Positions 9,174 through 18,360 of a DNA stretch of 64,000 bases are shown one piece after another (within the stretch, counting starts at the first letter, position 1; each line of letters opens with the position of its first letter). Source of the DNA: Candidatus Saccharimonadota bacterium. Lineage in GTDB: Bacteria > Patescibacteriota > Saccharimonadia > Saccharimonadales > Saccharimonadaceae. The notes under the pieces are model-generated. The model was not told where the DNA came from. It saw only the letters and a list, made by a program, of their open reading frames with translations, and did no database searches. The DNA is taken from assembly GCA_027311865.1 (NCBI GenBank), contig DAICYC010000001.1, positions 33,880 to 97,879 on the forward strand, in the 5' to 3' direction. Both the position numbers and the translations under genes were made by a program.

Positions 9174-10691
9174 TTACGAACGAGGCCGACTCACTCGATT
9201 CCATAGGCGTCCGCTAATCTTAGCTAATGACGACCTAAACTCCCAGGCGCCATACCCGATTAGGGCGAGTGCGGTACCGACTACCGCGACAATAACGTAC
9301 CATTGATTAGGTTGATGAACGATCGCCGTTTGACCTGGTCGACTATCAGCCTTTGACATCACCGCCACCTTACGACACCGACCAGTCTCGGGATTTCTCG
9401 CCTGTCCAGCGGGGCAATCTTTTGGTGCATCAACCACCGGGATTTTTCGACACCGACCAGTCTCGGGGCTGCGATAGTAGCCATCCTTACAGGCTGCCGG
9501 GGTCGCATTTATGGCACTGATAATCTTGCGGCAACGATTAGTCTCTGGGTGACGATATTGACCATCGAGACAGGGTTTAGGCGCTGGATCTGTCTCGATA
9601 ACCAGATTGGATAGGGTCAATAGTTTAAACACGTTAGCTTGACCAGGTGACGGTTGCGAACTGTAGGACCATTCACCAAGCTCGTTTACCTGCCAGGCAA
9701 ATCCATCTGATGGATCGTGATAACCTTCGGTTGTCGCTACAATATTGCCATCACCATCAATTAGCCGAACACTGGCTGACGTATTAGGCAAACTGAAAGA
9801 CAGTACTGAATTTCCAATCACGAGCCAGTCATTCGCCAAGATATTCATATCTTCCGGCAGCATATGTCGCTTTATCGTAGTGCCGACAATTTCGAGACTG
9901 TAACCTTCTAACGAGGCGATTTGTTCGGAACGGTTGTAGATTTCAATAAATTCTTGTCCAGCATCACTACCCAGAGCATTTGGTAATAATTCGCTAATTA
10001 TCAGGTCTACCGGCGTCGATTCGGGCTCTGATTCGATTGGAATATCTTCATCTATCGAGCACTCTATTTCATCGATACAATCAACGGTCGGCCTGGGCTC
10101 AACTTGATTAATTGGCCAGACCACATCCAGAGCAAAAGACCACTCTCCCATCAAACCCGATTGATCGTAGTAACAACCGGCGTCGGTTTCGACACAGGCC
10201 TCTCGATAAGCCACACCCCGAGACGACCAGTTGACGAACCACTGATAACTATCAATTACTTGACCAGAATCATCAACAAGCTGAAGATTATCCGACGAAC
10301 CCACTAAACTACCGCTCGACTGACTAATCGGCGAAAATATTAATGCCAAATCTGCATCGGGATATCGACTAGCAAAACTCTCCGACGCGACAATCGCATC
10401 ACCGAAGGGCGGCAGCCAGTATTCAAAATCTGACGAATTATCGAAGCAAGCAATGTCAATCAAATTCTTGTTTCTGAAGCACCATCCAGTGATATTCAGC
10501 GGTTCATGACTATTGTTGTGAAGTACGATTAATTCTTCTGTCGCCATCCCTGTCGGCCCGGCCTGAACGTGAGTCATTACGGCTCGGGGTGGCGCCGACT
10601 CAATGACCGACTCTGGCTGCTCAGTCACTAAACTGAAAGCGCTGGACGCCACTACTAAGTTAATAAGTAATCCAATCAAAAATCCCACCAT
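9174..10691 (-). CDS. Membrane-anchored surface protein with two lamin-tail (LTD)-like domains and three Cys-x2-G-x2-R-x-PET-x-RCRK repeats
   Basis: N-terminal signal/TM. Two LTD-like blocks (ELIVLHNNSHEPLNITGW; EFIEIYNRSEQIASLEGY). Three tandem 2-Cys repeats and a C-terminal TM helix with a basic tail. Confidence 0.6.
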   Translation of the reverse strand: MVGFLIGLLINLVVASSAFSLVTEQPESVIESAPPRAVMTHVQAGPTGMATEELIVLHNNSHEPLNITGWCFRNKNLIDIACFDNSSDFEYWLPPFGDAIVASESFASRYPDADLALIFSPISQSSGSLVGSSDNLQLVDDSGQVIDSYQWFVNWSSRGVAYREACVETDAGCYYDQSGLMGEWSFALDVVWPINQVEPRPTVDCIDEIECSIDEDIPIESEPESTPVDLIISELLPNALGSDAGQEFIEIYNRSEQIASLEGYSLEIVGTTIKRHMLPEDMNILANDWLVIGNSVLSFSLPNTSASVRLIDGDGNIVATTEGYHDPSDGFAWQVNELGEWSYSSQPSPGQANVFKLLTLSNLVIETDPAPKPCLDGQYRHPETNRCRKIISAINATPAACKDGYYRSPETGRCRKIPVVDAPKDCPAGQARNPETGRCRKVAVMSKADSRPGQTAIVHQPNQWYVIVAVVGTALALIGYGAWEFRSSLAKISGRLWNRVSRPRS

Positions 10692-10725
10692 AACCTAATG
10701 ATAATGATGGGATTTTAAATGAGGG

Positions 10726-11442
10726 TTAAACTTCTTGGATATCGGCGTTGGTGTGAACGTTAGTGACGTCATCGAGATCGTCGAGAGCCTCAAGTAGGCG
10801 AATCACCTTATTGGCTTGCTCCGCATCATCAACTACAACTGGCATGGTTGGGACATATTGTAGCTCAGCCCCGGACACCTCCAGCCCTGAATCCACAATC
10901 GATTGGCGAACCTTGGCTAGATCCTTTTGATCGGTATAAACAACCGTCTCGGCGCCTTCTTCCACAGCGTCTTCAGCCCCAGCCTCCAAGACCCCTAGCA
11001 AGACCTCTTCACCGGTTGCTGGAACAGTTATAACGCCCTTTCGTTGAAACTGGAACATGACACTGCCAGCATCAGCAATCCGGCCACCATTTTTCGTCAA
11101 TACCGTCCTCACCTCCGGGAAAGTTCGATTCTTGTTGTCGGTCGCCGTTTCAATAATAATGCCAACACCAGCCGGACCGATACCTTCGTATGTAATCTCC
11201 TCTAGTACGGCGGCATTTTTGTCGCTAACTCGATCAATCGCTCGCTGAATATTAGTCATCGGCATATTAGCTTGCTTGGCCTTTTCGATGGCCATCGCCA
11301 AAGCTGAGTTCATCGTTGGGTCGGCACCGCTGCGAGCGGCAATCGCAATCTGGTTGCCCAGTTTTGTAAATACGGCGCCCCGCTTGGCATCCTTGGCGCC
11401 TTTTTCGCGCTTAATCGTCGACCACTTACTGTGTCCTGACAT
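10726..11442 (-). CDS. yebC: YebC/PmpR family transcriptional regulator
   Basis: MSGHSKWSTIKREKGAKDAKRG N-terminus is diagnostic. Confidence 0.9.
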   Translation of the reverse strand: MSGHSKWSTIKREKGAKDAKRGAVFTKLGNQIAIAARSGADPTMNSALAMAIEKAKQANMPMTNIQRAIDRVSDKNAAVLEEITYEGIGPAGVGIIIETATDNKNRTFPEVRTVLTKNGGRIADAGSVMFQFQRKGVITVPATGEEVLLGVLEAGAEDAVEEGAETVVYTDQKDLAKVRQSIVDSGLEVSGAELQYVPTMPVVVDDAEQANKVIRLLEALDDLDDVTNVHTNADIQEV

Positions 11443-11516
11443 AAATCTCTCCAGTCACTTAGGTTTTATTCCAATTGTCTCTATTATATCAAAGCCCGAC
11501 AGAGGTACCAATTCAG

Positions 11517-12752
11517 CTAAAAATACCGCGTGCCGCCAAAGGGAATCTTCGGCGTTAAATAGCCATTCGTCGGCAAGGTATGTGCCGAATGAACTGTTCG
11601 TTCGCCGTATCGCTGATTAACTAGGTCTATCGCCCGCGTGACGCTCCTCTCCCGCGCCAACTTATCCTGAAAAATACTCAACTGGTTATCCACCACCGGC
11701 TCAAGTTCATAACAATGAACACCGATCACCCGGATGCCACTGCCGGGAGCTCGCCTGATAATGTCCTTCGCCAGTGCGTAGATTGTTTGATTAGACTGAA
11801 AGGGGACGGAGCTCATAGTCGAACTGTGCCAATAGCCATAATCTTCACTTTTAACAAAAACATAAACTCCTCGGGCCATGCGTTGCTGACCTCTGAGCCG
11901 ACCACCAACTGATTCGCATAGATTATGGAGTCGTTGCTCAATCTGCTCTTGGGTCAAGCCTCTGTGCTCCAAAACATACTGACGACCCACTCGCTTCATA
12001 TCGTAATCAACGTCGTCAACCTCCCACCCCCGCAAACGCCTGTACCACCACTCGCCAACGACACTCTTGAAAACCATCTTCTGCAAGACTTCTGGTTTGG
12101 CAGCGATAAATTCAAGCGGCGTGTAAATACCGACACTGTTGAGTCGACGTTGATTACGCTTGGCAATGCCCGTCAGATCGGTCAGTTTCAATTGATTCAT
12201 AACCAGCTCTAAATTATCAGCTGTAATGACGTCCAAGCCGTCCGGCTTGTTTAATCCGGCCGCTGTTTTTGCCAGAAACCGATTGGTCGCGATTCCGACA
12301 TTACACCGCATCCAGACGCCAATCTCATCGCGTAAACGCTGTTTTATCTCCTGCCCAATTTCAACCAAATCACGCTCCAGCATTGCTGCTGTTGCGTAGT
12401 TAAAATCGATGACTCCTTCATCAATACTCTTCATCGTTACGTGAGCTGAGTAATCGCGCATAATATCGAGCAACTTGTGGTAAACGTACTTATATTTAGC
12501 TGGGTCACTTTCGACGGCAATCAAATCCGGGCAGACAGCCTTGGCTTCTCGATAGCGCATACCAACTTTTATGCCATACGCCTTAGCCTCATAGCTGGCC
12601 GTAATAATCGACGTGAACTCCGTACGTCGATTGAGCACAGCTACCGGACGGCCTCGCAAGCGCGGTCGGGCTTGCTGTTCAACAGTCGCAAAACAACTAT
12701 TCAAATCGATATGCATAATCAAAGGCCGTGCGCGATTCAAGTTATCAATCAT
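11517..12752 (-). CDS. Y-family translesion DNA polymerase (UmuC/PolY-like)
   Basis: IMHIDLNSCFATVEQ...RPVAVL N-terminal catalytic block and an IDE motif. 411 aa. Confidence 0.85.
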   Translation of the reverse strand: MIDNLNRARPLIMHIDLNSCFATVEQQARPRLRGRPVAVLNRRTEFTSIITASYEAKAYGIKVGMRYREAKAVCPDLIAVESDPAKYKYVYHKLLDIMRDYSAHVTMKSIDEGVIDFNYATAAMLERDLVEIGQEIKQRLRDEIGVWMRCNVGIATNRFLAKTAAGLNKPDGLDVITADNLELVMNQLKLTDLTGIAKRNQRRLNSVGIYTPLEFIAAKPEVLQKMVFKSVVGEWWYRRLRGWEVDDVDYDMKRVGRQYVLEHRGLTQEQIEQRLHNLCESVGGRLRGQQRMARGVYVFVKSEDYGYWHSSTMSSVPFQSNQTIYALAKDIIRRAPGSGIRVIGVHCYELEPVVDNQLSIFQDKLARERSVTRAIDLVNQRYGERTVHSAHTLPTNGYLTPKIPFGGTRYF

Positions 12753-13014
12753 AGTGATCAGCCTCCAAGGTCAACATCCACGTCAGCCTTTCACTGTCGA
12801 ACTCCAACCGATAATCAGCGCCGCCGTCAGTTACGTCGAAAACGTGAATTGTTCTTCGACCTTTGACGACCGGGTGCTTGAGACCTAGTTCAGCTACTTC
12901 AACTACTCGACCACTGGGACGTTTGAAACGTAATGGTCGACAGGGGTGATGACCGCTACCGAAAACAGTCACCACCTCCACCCGCTCATTCAAGAAAATT
13001 TCGTCATTCATCAC
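12745..13014 (-). CDS. 89-aa protein of unknown function, translationally coupled upstream of the Y-family polymerase
   Basis: Overlaps the polymerase start by 8 nt, so it sits where umuD or yolD would be. No Ser-Lys peptidase motif seen. Confidence 0.5.
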   Translation of the reverse strand: MMNDEIFLNERVEVVTVFGSGHHPCRPLRFKRPSGRVVEVAELGLKHPVVKGRRTIHVFDVTDGGADYRLEFDSERLTWMLTLEADHYD

Positions 13015-13040
13015 CCAAGATTCCTCTATTAATTATCTAG

Positions 13041-13052
13041 AGAAACGTTTCT
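13041..13052. promoter_or_regulatory. Perfect 12-bp palindrome AGAAACGTTTCT upstream of the polymerase operon (candidate operator)
   Basis: Read directly from the sequence. Lies about 27 nt upstream of the 13014 start, next to a GATAAT-like -10 on the minus strand. Confidence 0.3.
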
Positions 13053-13232
13053 GATTGTGATGCCCGTTCGATTCGTCCGTTCCTAACGATCGTCCGAAGA
13101 CATAGAATGACCTAGCACGAGGGACGCTTTACCGAGCCGGCCAGTGTGTGTCGTGTGGTTAATCCTATTATAACTCTGATTTAACGATGTCGACAAATCC
13201 TTATATAATAGTAAGGACAGGAGGTCAAAGCT

Positions 13233-13580
13233 ATGCAAGATAATATCCGTCAATTGATCAAACAAATTGAGGCCGACGAGGTTAACATCAAGTCGCTCGA
13301 GAGCCAAACCGAAATCGAGCGTGTTCGCATGCAAGATGCCTATAATGCCGGTGACGAAGCTAGGGGTAAATTCTCCGAAACACAAGTTCATAAAAACGAG
13401 TTGCGGATTAATGAACTTCAGAGTGAATTATCTAATCTTCAGAACCTAAAAGCCGACGCCGAAGCCCGCCTCGCCAGCCTCGAACAAGAACGAACCAATC
13501 TAGTTACCGAACACGAACAACGGCTAGTCCAACTTGATACCGAAATATCCCGTCTCAAAGGTGGTATGACCGCCCTCTAA
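13233..13580 (+). CDS. Small coiled-coil protein, unknown function
   Basis: TATAAT box and AGGAGG SD upstream. 115 aa of heptad-rich sequence. Confidence 0.55.
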   Translation: MQDNIRQLIKQIEADEVNIKSLESQTEIERVRMQDAYNAGDEARGKFSETQVHKNELRINELQSELSNLQNLKADAEARLASLEQERTNLVTEHEQRLVQLDTEISRLKGGMTAL

Positions 13581-13628
13581 GAGCTAGTCAAATCTCCCCG
13601 TCTCTGCTAGAATCTACTCTGTACCTAT

Positions 13629-13705
13629 GGCAGCGTAGCTCAGTTGGTTAGAGCGTAGGACTCATAAGCCTAAGGTCACTGGTTCAATCCCAGTCGCTGC
13701 TACCA
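13629..13705 (+). tRNA. tRNA with CAU anticodon, elongator tRNA-Met-like
   Basis: Cloverleaf folds by hand: GGCAGCG acceptor, GTAGCTCAGTTGGTTAGAGC D-arm, CTCATAA anticodon loop, GGTTCAATCC T-arm, encoded CCA. Resembles E. coli metT. Confidence 0.9.
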
Positions 13706-13756
13706 AAGAAAGCGCCCCACATCACCGTGGGGCTTTTTCTATTTATGAAATATCAC

Positions 13757-15334
13757 CTATTCATCCATCGATGAATCATCGATTGAAATATCATAGCAAG
13801 GTCCGTCAACCGACCGAGTGGTCGTTTGGGCGCCATTCAATTGATAGGTCGGCATCAATACACTATTAATATCGACCTCCGCCACGGCGCCGGCAGCACA
13901 AGCCTCGGCGGTGGTGACTGCTAGAGATTTAATATTTCCCAAGGCAACACTAGCCTTGTCGGATACCGTCACGTCTACAGTCGACAAAGCCGCCGCATCG
14001 GCGATTAGTCGCGCCGAATCCCCCAAGGTTGCCACAAAGTTTTCAATACGCGACTCATCGACCGAAACAGTCGCTGAGTTGTCGGCTTTTACCCGAAAGG
14101 AATTCTGATCATCCACCAGGTACGAAATGTAACCGTTGTTAATAGAAATCTCGTCCAATGCCGGCCCATGAACAGTTACACCGGCACTGAGACCTTGAAT
14201 AATTTCCTCGTCATCAGCAATGACAATCTTGGCCGCATCCCCCGTGACAGTAACCGAGGCTTTAGCAGAATCTCGATGTATTCGTTGCTTGATTGTGGCG
14301 GCCAACGGATCAACAATATACGTCACGCTAGCAAACTCTGGCGCCTCAACCTGAAGTTTCTTGATCTTGTTAAAGTCAGTCGGCAGACGATCAACGTGAT
14401 TTACCATATTTAGCTGAGCCGCTTCAATCTCTAACCTATCTTGCCAACGAAGGCCAGTTATGGCGGCTCCAAACGAGATCAAGCCAAGCAAAGTTATCAC
14501 CACGGCACTAATCCAGATTCGCTTGTTAAATTTTTGCGAAAAAGCTGCATAGGCCACAACCAGTGACAGGGCGACCAGTAGCGCGCCGCTAATGTACATC
14601 AAAGTCAGGGGAGTGCGGTAAGCCTCAACATTAGCCACGTCCTGACCGATGACCAATTGAGCCGTCACAATCAATATTGCGGCGGTTGCACCAATCGCCA
14701 CTATCGACGCCCCTATGCCGACAACGATTGTCACAATGCGCTTCACTAAAGCGCTGCGGCGTTCCAAATCAATCGATGAGTCAGCTTCGTTAATTTGTCG
14801 AATCGAGTCAATCGTCACTGGCCGTCCAGCTAACTGTAGCTTCTCGGCGGCAGTTCTGGCGGGCGGGATTATCAACCAGGCGACAGCGTAAAACAGAGCC
14901 GCAAAACCAACTGAAGCAAACAGCAGTACTATAAAAATTAATCTTAGCCATAGAACATCAACTCGAAGATAGCTGGCCATGCCACTCAGGACGCCACCAA
15001 ACATCGCTCCATTCGGGTTGCGGTAGAGTCGGCGCACACCTGCGCTAGCCAACAATTCATCACCAATCTCGGCCGACCCCTCATCGGTCAGAAATTCTTT
15101 CGGCTCACCCAACTGTTCACGAATCGCCTCGACATCGGCTTCTGATATCACAGCCTCCTGTTTGACGCCACGTTCCGACAATAATTCGGTTATTCGGATT
15201 TCAATATCCTGAAGCAGTTCGGTATCGGCTGTATAAGCCTCTAACGCCTCGATATACTTTTCAAGCTGTCGCTTGGCTGAAAGCTCCACACTGTAGGGGA
15301 CCTTGGCGATATGAATTCTTGTTATGTCTTTCAT
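13757..15334 (-). CDS. PspC domain-containing membrane protein
   Basis: PspC motif region (LYRNPNGAMFGGVLSGMASYLRVDVLWLRLIFIV), several TM helices and a long C-terminal extracellular part. Adjacent to padR. Confidence 0.8.
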   Translation of the reverse strand: MKDITRIHIAKVPYSVELSAKRQLEKYIEALEAYTADTELLQDIEIRITELLSERGVKQEAVISEADVEAIREQLGEPKEFLTDEGSAEIGDELLASAGVRRLYRNPNGAMFGGVLSGMASYLRVDVLWLRLIFIVLLFASVGFAALFYAVAWLIIPPARTAAEKLQLAGRPVTIDSIRQINEADSSIDLERRSALVKRIVTIVVGIGASIVAIGATAAILIVTAQLVIGQDVANVEAYRTPLTLMYISGALLVALSLVVAYAAFSQKFNKRIWISAVVITLLGLISFGAAITGLRWQDRLEIEAAQLNMVNHVDRLPTDFNKIKKLQVEAPEFASVTYIVDPLAATIKQRIHRDSAKASVTVTGDAAKIVIADDEEIIQGLSAGVTVHGPALDEISINNGYISYLVDDQNSFRVKADNSATVSVDESRIENFVATLGDSARLIADAAALSTVDVTVSDKASVALGNIKSLAVTTAEACAAGAVAEVDINSVLMPTYQLNGAQTTTRSVDGPCYDISIDDSSMDE

Positions 15335-15343
15335 AATTCTCCT

Positions 15344-15688
15344 TTATAACTTCTCTAAGGTTGATTGTAGGGCGGCGATCTTGGCGCTCATTAGTTCAGC
15401 AACCTCAGCGCCATGGGCGGTGGTGCGATAGTACTTGCGAGGCGGTCCGTTTTCGCTTTCTTGCCATTCGTGGGTCAGGAGGCCATCTTTTTGTAGCCGC
15501 GATAACAGCGGGTATATTGTGCCTTCAACAACAACCAGTTCAGCCGCCTGAAGCTGACGGATAATGTCGCTGGTGTATTTGGCTTGTTTATCACAGACCC
15601 TGAGCACGCAGTAGGCGAGAAAGCCTTTCTTTAACTGCACAGCCAATTGCTCGGCATAAGCTTCGCTAGATAATCCTTTTTCAGTCAT
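15344..15688 (-). CDS. PadR family transcriptional regulator
   Basis: Winged-helix PadR block (GFLAYCVLRVC...YTSDIIRQL...GTIYPLLSRLQKDGLL). Confidence 0.85.
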   Translation of the reverse strand: MTEKGLSSEAYAEQLAVQLKKGFLAYCVLRVCDKQAKYTSDIIRQLQAAELVVVEGTIYPLLSRLQKDGLLTHEWQESENGPPRKYYRTTAHGAEVAELMSAKIAALQSTLEKL

Positions 15689-15692
15689 GGTT

Positions 15693-15707
15693 CTATGTTA
15701 TACATAG
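15693..15707. promoter_or_regulatory. Inverted repeat CTATGT-tat-ACATAG overlapping the padR -10 (candidate PadR operator)
   Basis: Seen in sequence. It contains ATGT/ACAT half-sites and overlaps the TAACAT -10 that lies 6 nt from the padR ATG. Confidence 0.35.
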
Positions 15708-15788
15708 TACTAGACAAAGTCAACAACCGATTTCCTGTCAAATAAAAAACCACCTACTCGGAGATGGTTTTTCATTCAAGTCTATTTC

Positions 15789-15932
15789 TTATAACGATAC
15801 GCGACTGAGCAAGGCTTCACGTTTCTCAATAAACGATTTTAATTCCTCGTCGCTACGTTCTCGATTCCACGAATCAAGCTCTAATAAATCGCTTAGTGTA
15901 ACTTGTTCGATTTGGCTGTTTGAGGTTTCCAT
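15789..15932 (-). CDS. Possible 47-aa acidic small protein (METSNSQIEQVTLSDLLELDSWNRERSDEELKSFIEKREALLSRVSL)
   Basis: ATG-to-TAA ORF translated by hand; it is below the ORF-track cut-off. A hairpin at about 15744-15773 lies downstream. No homology recognised. Confidence 0.3.
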   Translation of the reverse strand: METSNSQIEQVTLSDLLELDSWNRERSDEELKSFIEKREALLSRVSL

Positions 15933-16042
15933 GACTTTTTAATGTGCCTTTTTTGTTTTTTATTGTTTGATATTCTTATTTAAGCACAAACGTCATAAAA
16001 AGTCAATAGCATCCCACAGTTTTATAGAATCCGCCTCCAGTA

Positions 16043-16082
16043 TTGACACTACATTGACATTAATCTGATAATATGTTAATAT
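16043..16082 (+). promoter_or_regulatory. Tandem sigma70-type promoters upstream of the GT2 gene
   Basis: TTGACA (16043) and TTGACA (16054), with GATAAT at 16067 (18-nt spacer from the first) and TAATAT at 16077 (17-nt spacer from the second). Confidence 0.45.
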
Positions 16083-16157
16083 ACCGAAGCTTGAATTAAT
16101 TTGGATTTAATTCGATTTTCAACGCACCTTAAGTTGTTAGAGAGAAAGGACTCCGCG

Positions 16158-17252
16158 GTGAGCCTGTCGGTAGTGGCACTGATTCCTGCCTACAAAGAGG
16201 AGGAGACAATCGGGGCTACTATTGAAGCCCTGCTGAACCAAGATCGTGTTCCGGACGCTATCGTGGTCATCCCCAACGGGTGCCCCGATCGGACGCCCGA
16301 AATCGTTCGCGATTACGTTAGTCGCGATTCGCGAATCGTTTCCTACGAGCTTCCCAAGCTCGAGCACAAGAAACCGCAGGCACTGAACCTAGCCTGGAAC
16401 AAGTTCGATTACGTCCGCGAGGCTGATATTGTCATCTGTCTCGATGGCGATACCGTATTACCCGCCAATGCCATTGGTGACTGGGAGCGAGAGTTCCAAG
16501 TCACCGCCAAGCTCGGCGGCTCCAGCTCAAAGTTCACGATGCTCGGTGGAGACTTTTTAACGAGACTCCAACGATCGGAATTTGCCAAATGGACCGATAC
16601 CGCCCTACGCCGTGGCTACACCACGGTTCTGGCTGGTACCGGCTGCGCCATCAGTGGTCAAGCCCTACGGGAAGTAGTGGCAACAACCAATCGGTTCGGC
16701 CCCTGGTCCTACGATTCACAAGTCGAGGATTTCGAACTGACCTACCAAATCCGCAAGCTAGGTTATTCCTGTCGGGTATCACCGACAGTGAGGGCCTACA
16801 CCGACTCCATGAAGGAACTCAACTCCCTCTGGAATCAGCGCATGAAGTGGCAGGTTGGTACCGTCGAAGATCTACTATCAATCGGTGTCAATCGCTTGAC
16901 ATTGGTTGATTGGTATCAACAAGCCGTCGGCCTCCTCATGGCCTTCGTCCGGATCCTCTGGGTTGTCCTCATCGTTCTACAGATCTCGATCGGAATTTTC
17001 CACTTCAGCATGCTGTGGTGGTTGATCATTCCGATAGTTTTTGCTGTAGGCGAAGGACTGATGACCTTCCGGATTCCCCATCGTGATCGATGGGACGTTG
17101 TGTACGGGTTTGCAATTTTTCCTCAAGAAATCTTCGCAACACTCCGTTCGGGATGGTTCTTGGCAGCCTGGGCATCAGTCCTGCTGTCAAAGATTACCGG
17201 CCGTCGTAAAGACCGCTGGAGTCTGCAGTATGCCGCCGAGGCTAAAGTCTAG
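16158..17252 (+). CDS. Family 2 glycosyltransferase with a C-terminal membrane domain (processive synthase-like)
   Basis: VALIPAYKEEETIGATIEALLNQ, a DGD motif and a QRMKWQ (Q-x-x-RW-like) motif, plus TM helices at the C-terminus. GTG start at 16158 follows AAAGGA; the ORF is open from 16101. Confidence 0.75.
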   Translation: MSLSVVALIPAYKEEETIGATIEALLNQDRVPDAIVVIPNGCPDRTPEIVRDYVSRDSRIVSYELPKLEHKKPQALNLAWNKFDYVREADIVICLDGDTVLPANAIGDWEREFQVTAKLGGSSSKFTMLGGDFLTRLQRSEFAKWTDTALRRGYTTVLAGTGCAISGQALREVVATTNRFGPWSYDSQVEDFELTYQIRKLGYSCRVSPTVRAYTDSMKELNSLWNQRMKWQVGTVEDLLSIGVNRLTLVDWYQQAVGLLMAFVRILWVVLIVLQISIGIFHFSMLWWLIIPIVFAVGEGLMTFRIPHRDRWDVVYGFAIFPQEIFATLRSGWFLAAWASVLLSKITGRRKDRWSLQYAAEAKV

Positions 17253-17280
17253 TTTCGGCTCTGTAAAGAAGGAGAAAGTC

Positions 17281-17448
17281 ATGTATGGTGCCTCAGTTGG
17301 TACAGGCGTTTCGGGCGCCGGACTGATGATGTTCGGGATCACCATCGGATCACAATTCCTGATTGCATTCGCAATCGTTGTGCTCGCGATGATGCTGTGG
17401 ATCCTGGCGCGCAACGTCACCCGGCGAGCCGACCATCAGCGGCCCTAA
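17281..17448 (+). CDS. 55-aa hydrophobic mini-protein between the GT2 gene and the sortase gene
   Basis: GGAGAAAG SD 5 nt before the ATG. Gly-rich N-terminus, long hydrophobic core and a basic tail RRADHQRP. A strong terminator follows. Confidence 0.45.
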   Translation: MYGASVGTGVSGAGLMMFGITIGSQFLIAFAIVVLAMMLWILARNVTRRADHQRP

Positions 17449-17463
17449 GCCGTCGTCATGATG

Positions 17464-17501
17464 CCCCCGTGTTAATGCCGTAAGGCCCCTTAACACGGGG
17501 G
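17464..17501 (+). terminator. Stem-loop, candidate transcription terminator
   Basis: CCCCCGTGTTAA ... TTAACACGGGGG, a 12-bp perfect stem. Confidence 0.7.
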
Positions 17502-17637
17502 CTCACCCCTCTCTAACAACTTATTCAATCTATAAAGACGACAACTGTCGTCTATTTATTTTTCTTAAATATATGTTATAATTACCACACGACTACTGTC
17601 GAGCTCTTTAATCTCACGACCAACCGAAAGGCAAGTG

Positions 17638-18333
17638 ATGAAAAACTCTTTTCGAACAGGCATTGTCGCCGTTTCGGCGCTCCTCGTGGCCGCGCTGTGG
17701 ACCACACTCCTACAGCCAGAGCCAGACCTTGCTGGTGACAATCGCGCCAACACCGTGACCACACCACCTGTAGTGGCACCATCGTCGACCCTGAGCCCCG
17801 ATGTTATTCTGCGGCCAAGTGACGAACCGGTCACAATCAGCACTCGAGAGTCTCCCGAACAATCAATCGTCGCCAGCGAAATCACCCGTCTACGAATCCC
17901 ATCAACCGGTATCAACGTAGGGTCATCGGGCGAAACTTGGCCGCGTCAATCAAATCGCTGCCAAGCATCGAAAGAATGTATCGACCCACCAAATCTGAAT
18001 GAAATTGCCTGGTACGGTGCGTATGCCCTGCCGCAACTCCCCTCGCCAAGTTCCGTAATCCTATACGGACACAGCAACCGATTCAGCGCCGTCGAACAGG
18101 CTTTCAACCAGCTACCAGACACAAAAGTTGGCGACAAGGTCATCATCGAGACTCAGACTGGTGTATTCACGTACAGAGTTCACACCAACACTCTAGTCGG
18201 ATACGACATCATCGCCGAGTCCGAACAAGTCTACTGGCCTGTTCCCGATCAGCTTGTTTTGATAACTTGCAATTATCAAGCCGACGCCGCCACGGTTGTA
18301 ATCGCTCATCTCGAGTCAGCTTCATCAGCTTGA
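17638..18333 (+). CDS. Sortase family transpeptidase
   Basis: N-terminal TM, LRIPSTGINV, an ILYGH (His) block and LITC (the catalytic TLxTC-type Cys). Confidence 0.7.
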   Translation: MKNSFRTGIVAVSALLVAALWTTLLQPEPDLAGDNRANTVTTPPVVAPSSTLSPDVILRPSDEPVTISTRESPEQSIVASEITRLRIPSTGINVGSSGETWPRQSNRCQASKECIDPPNLNEIAWYGAYALPQLPSPSSVILYGHSNRFSAVEQAFNQLPDTKVGDKVIIETQTGVFTYRVHTNTLVGYDIIAESEQVYWPVPDQLVLITCNYQADAATVVIAHLESASSA

Positions 18334-18360
18334 GATTGACGGTCGTGATTAAATTGAGCT

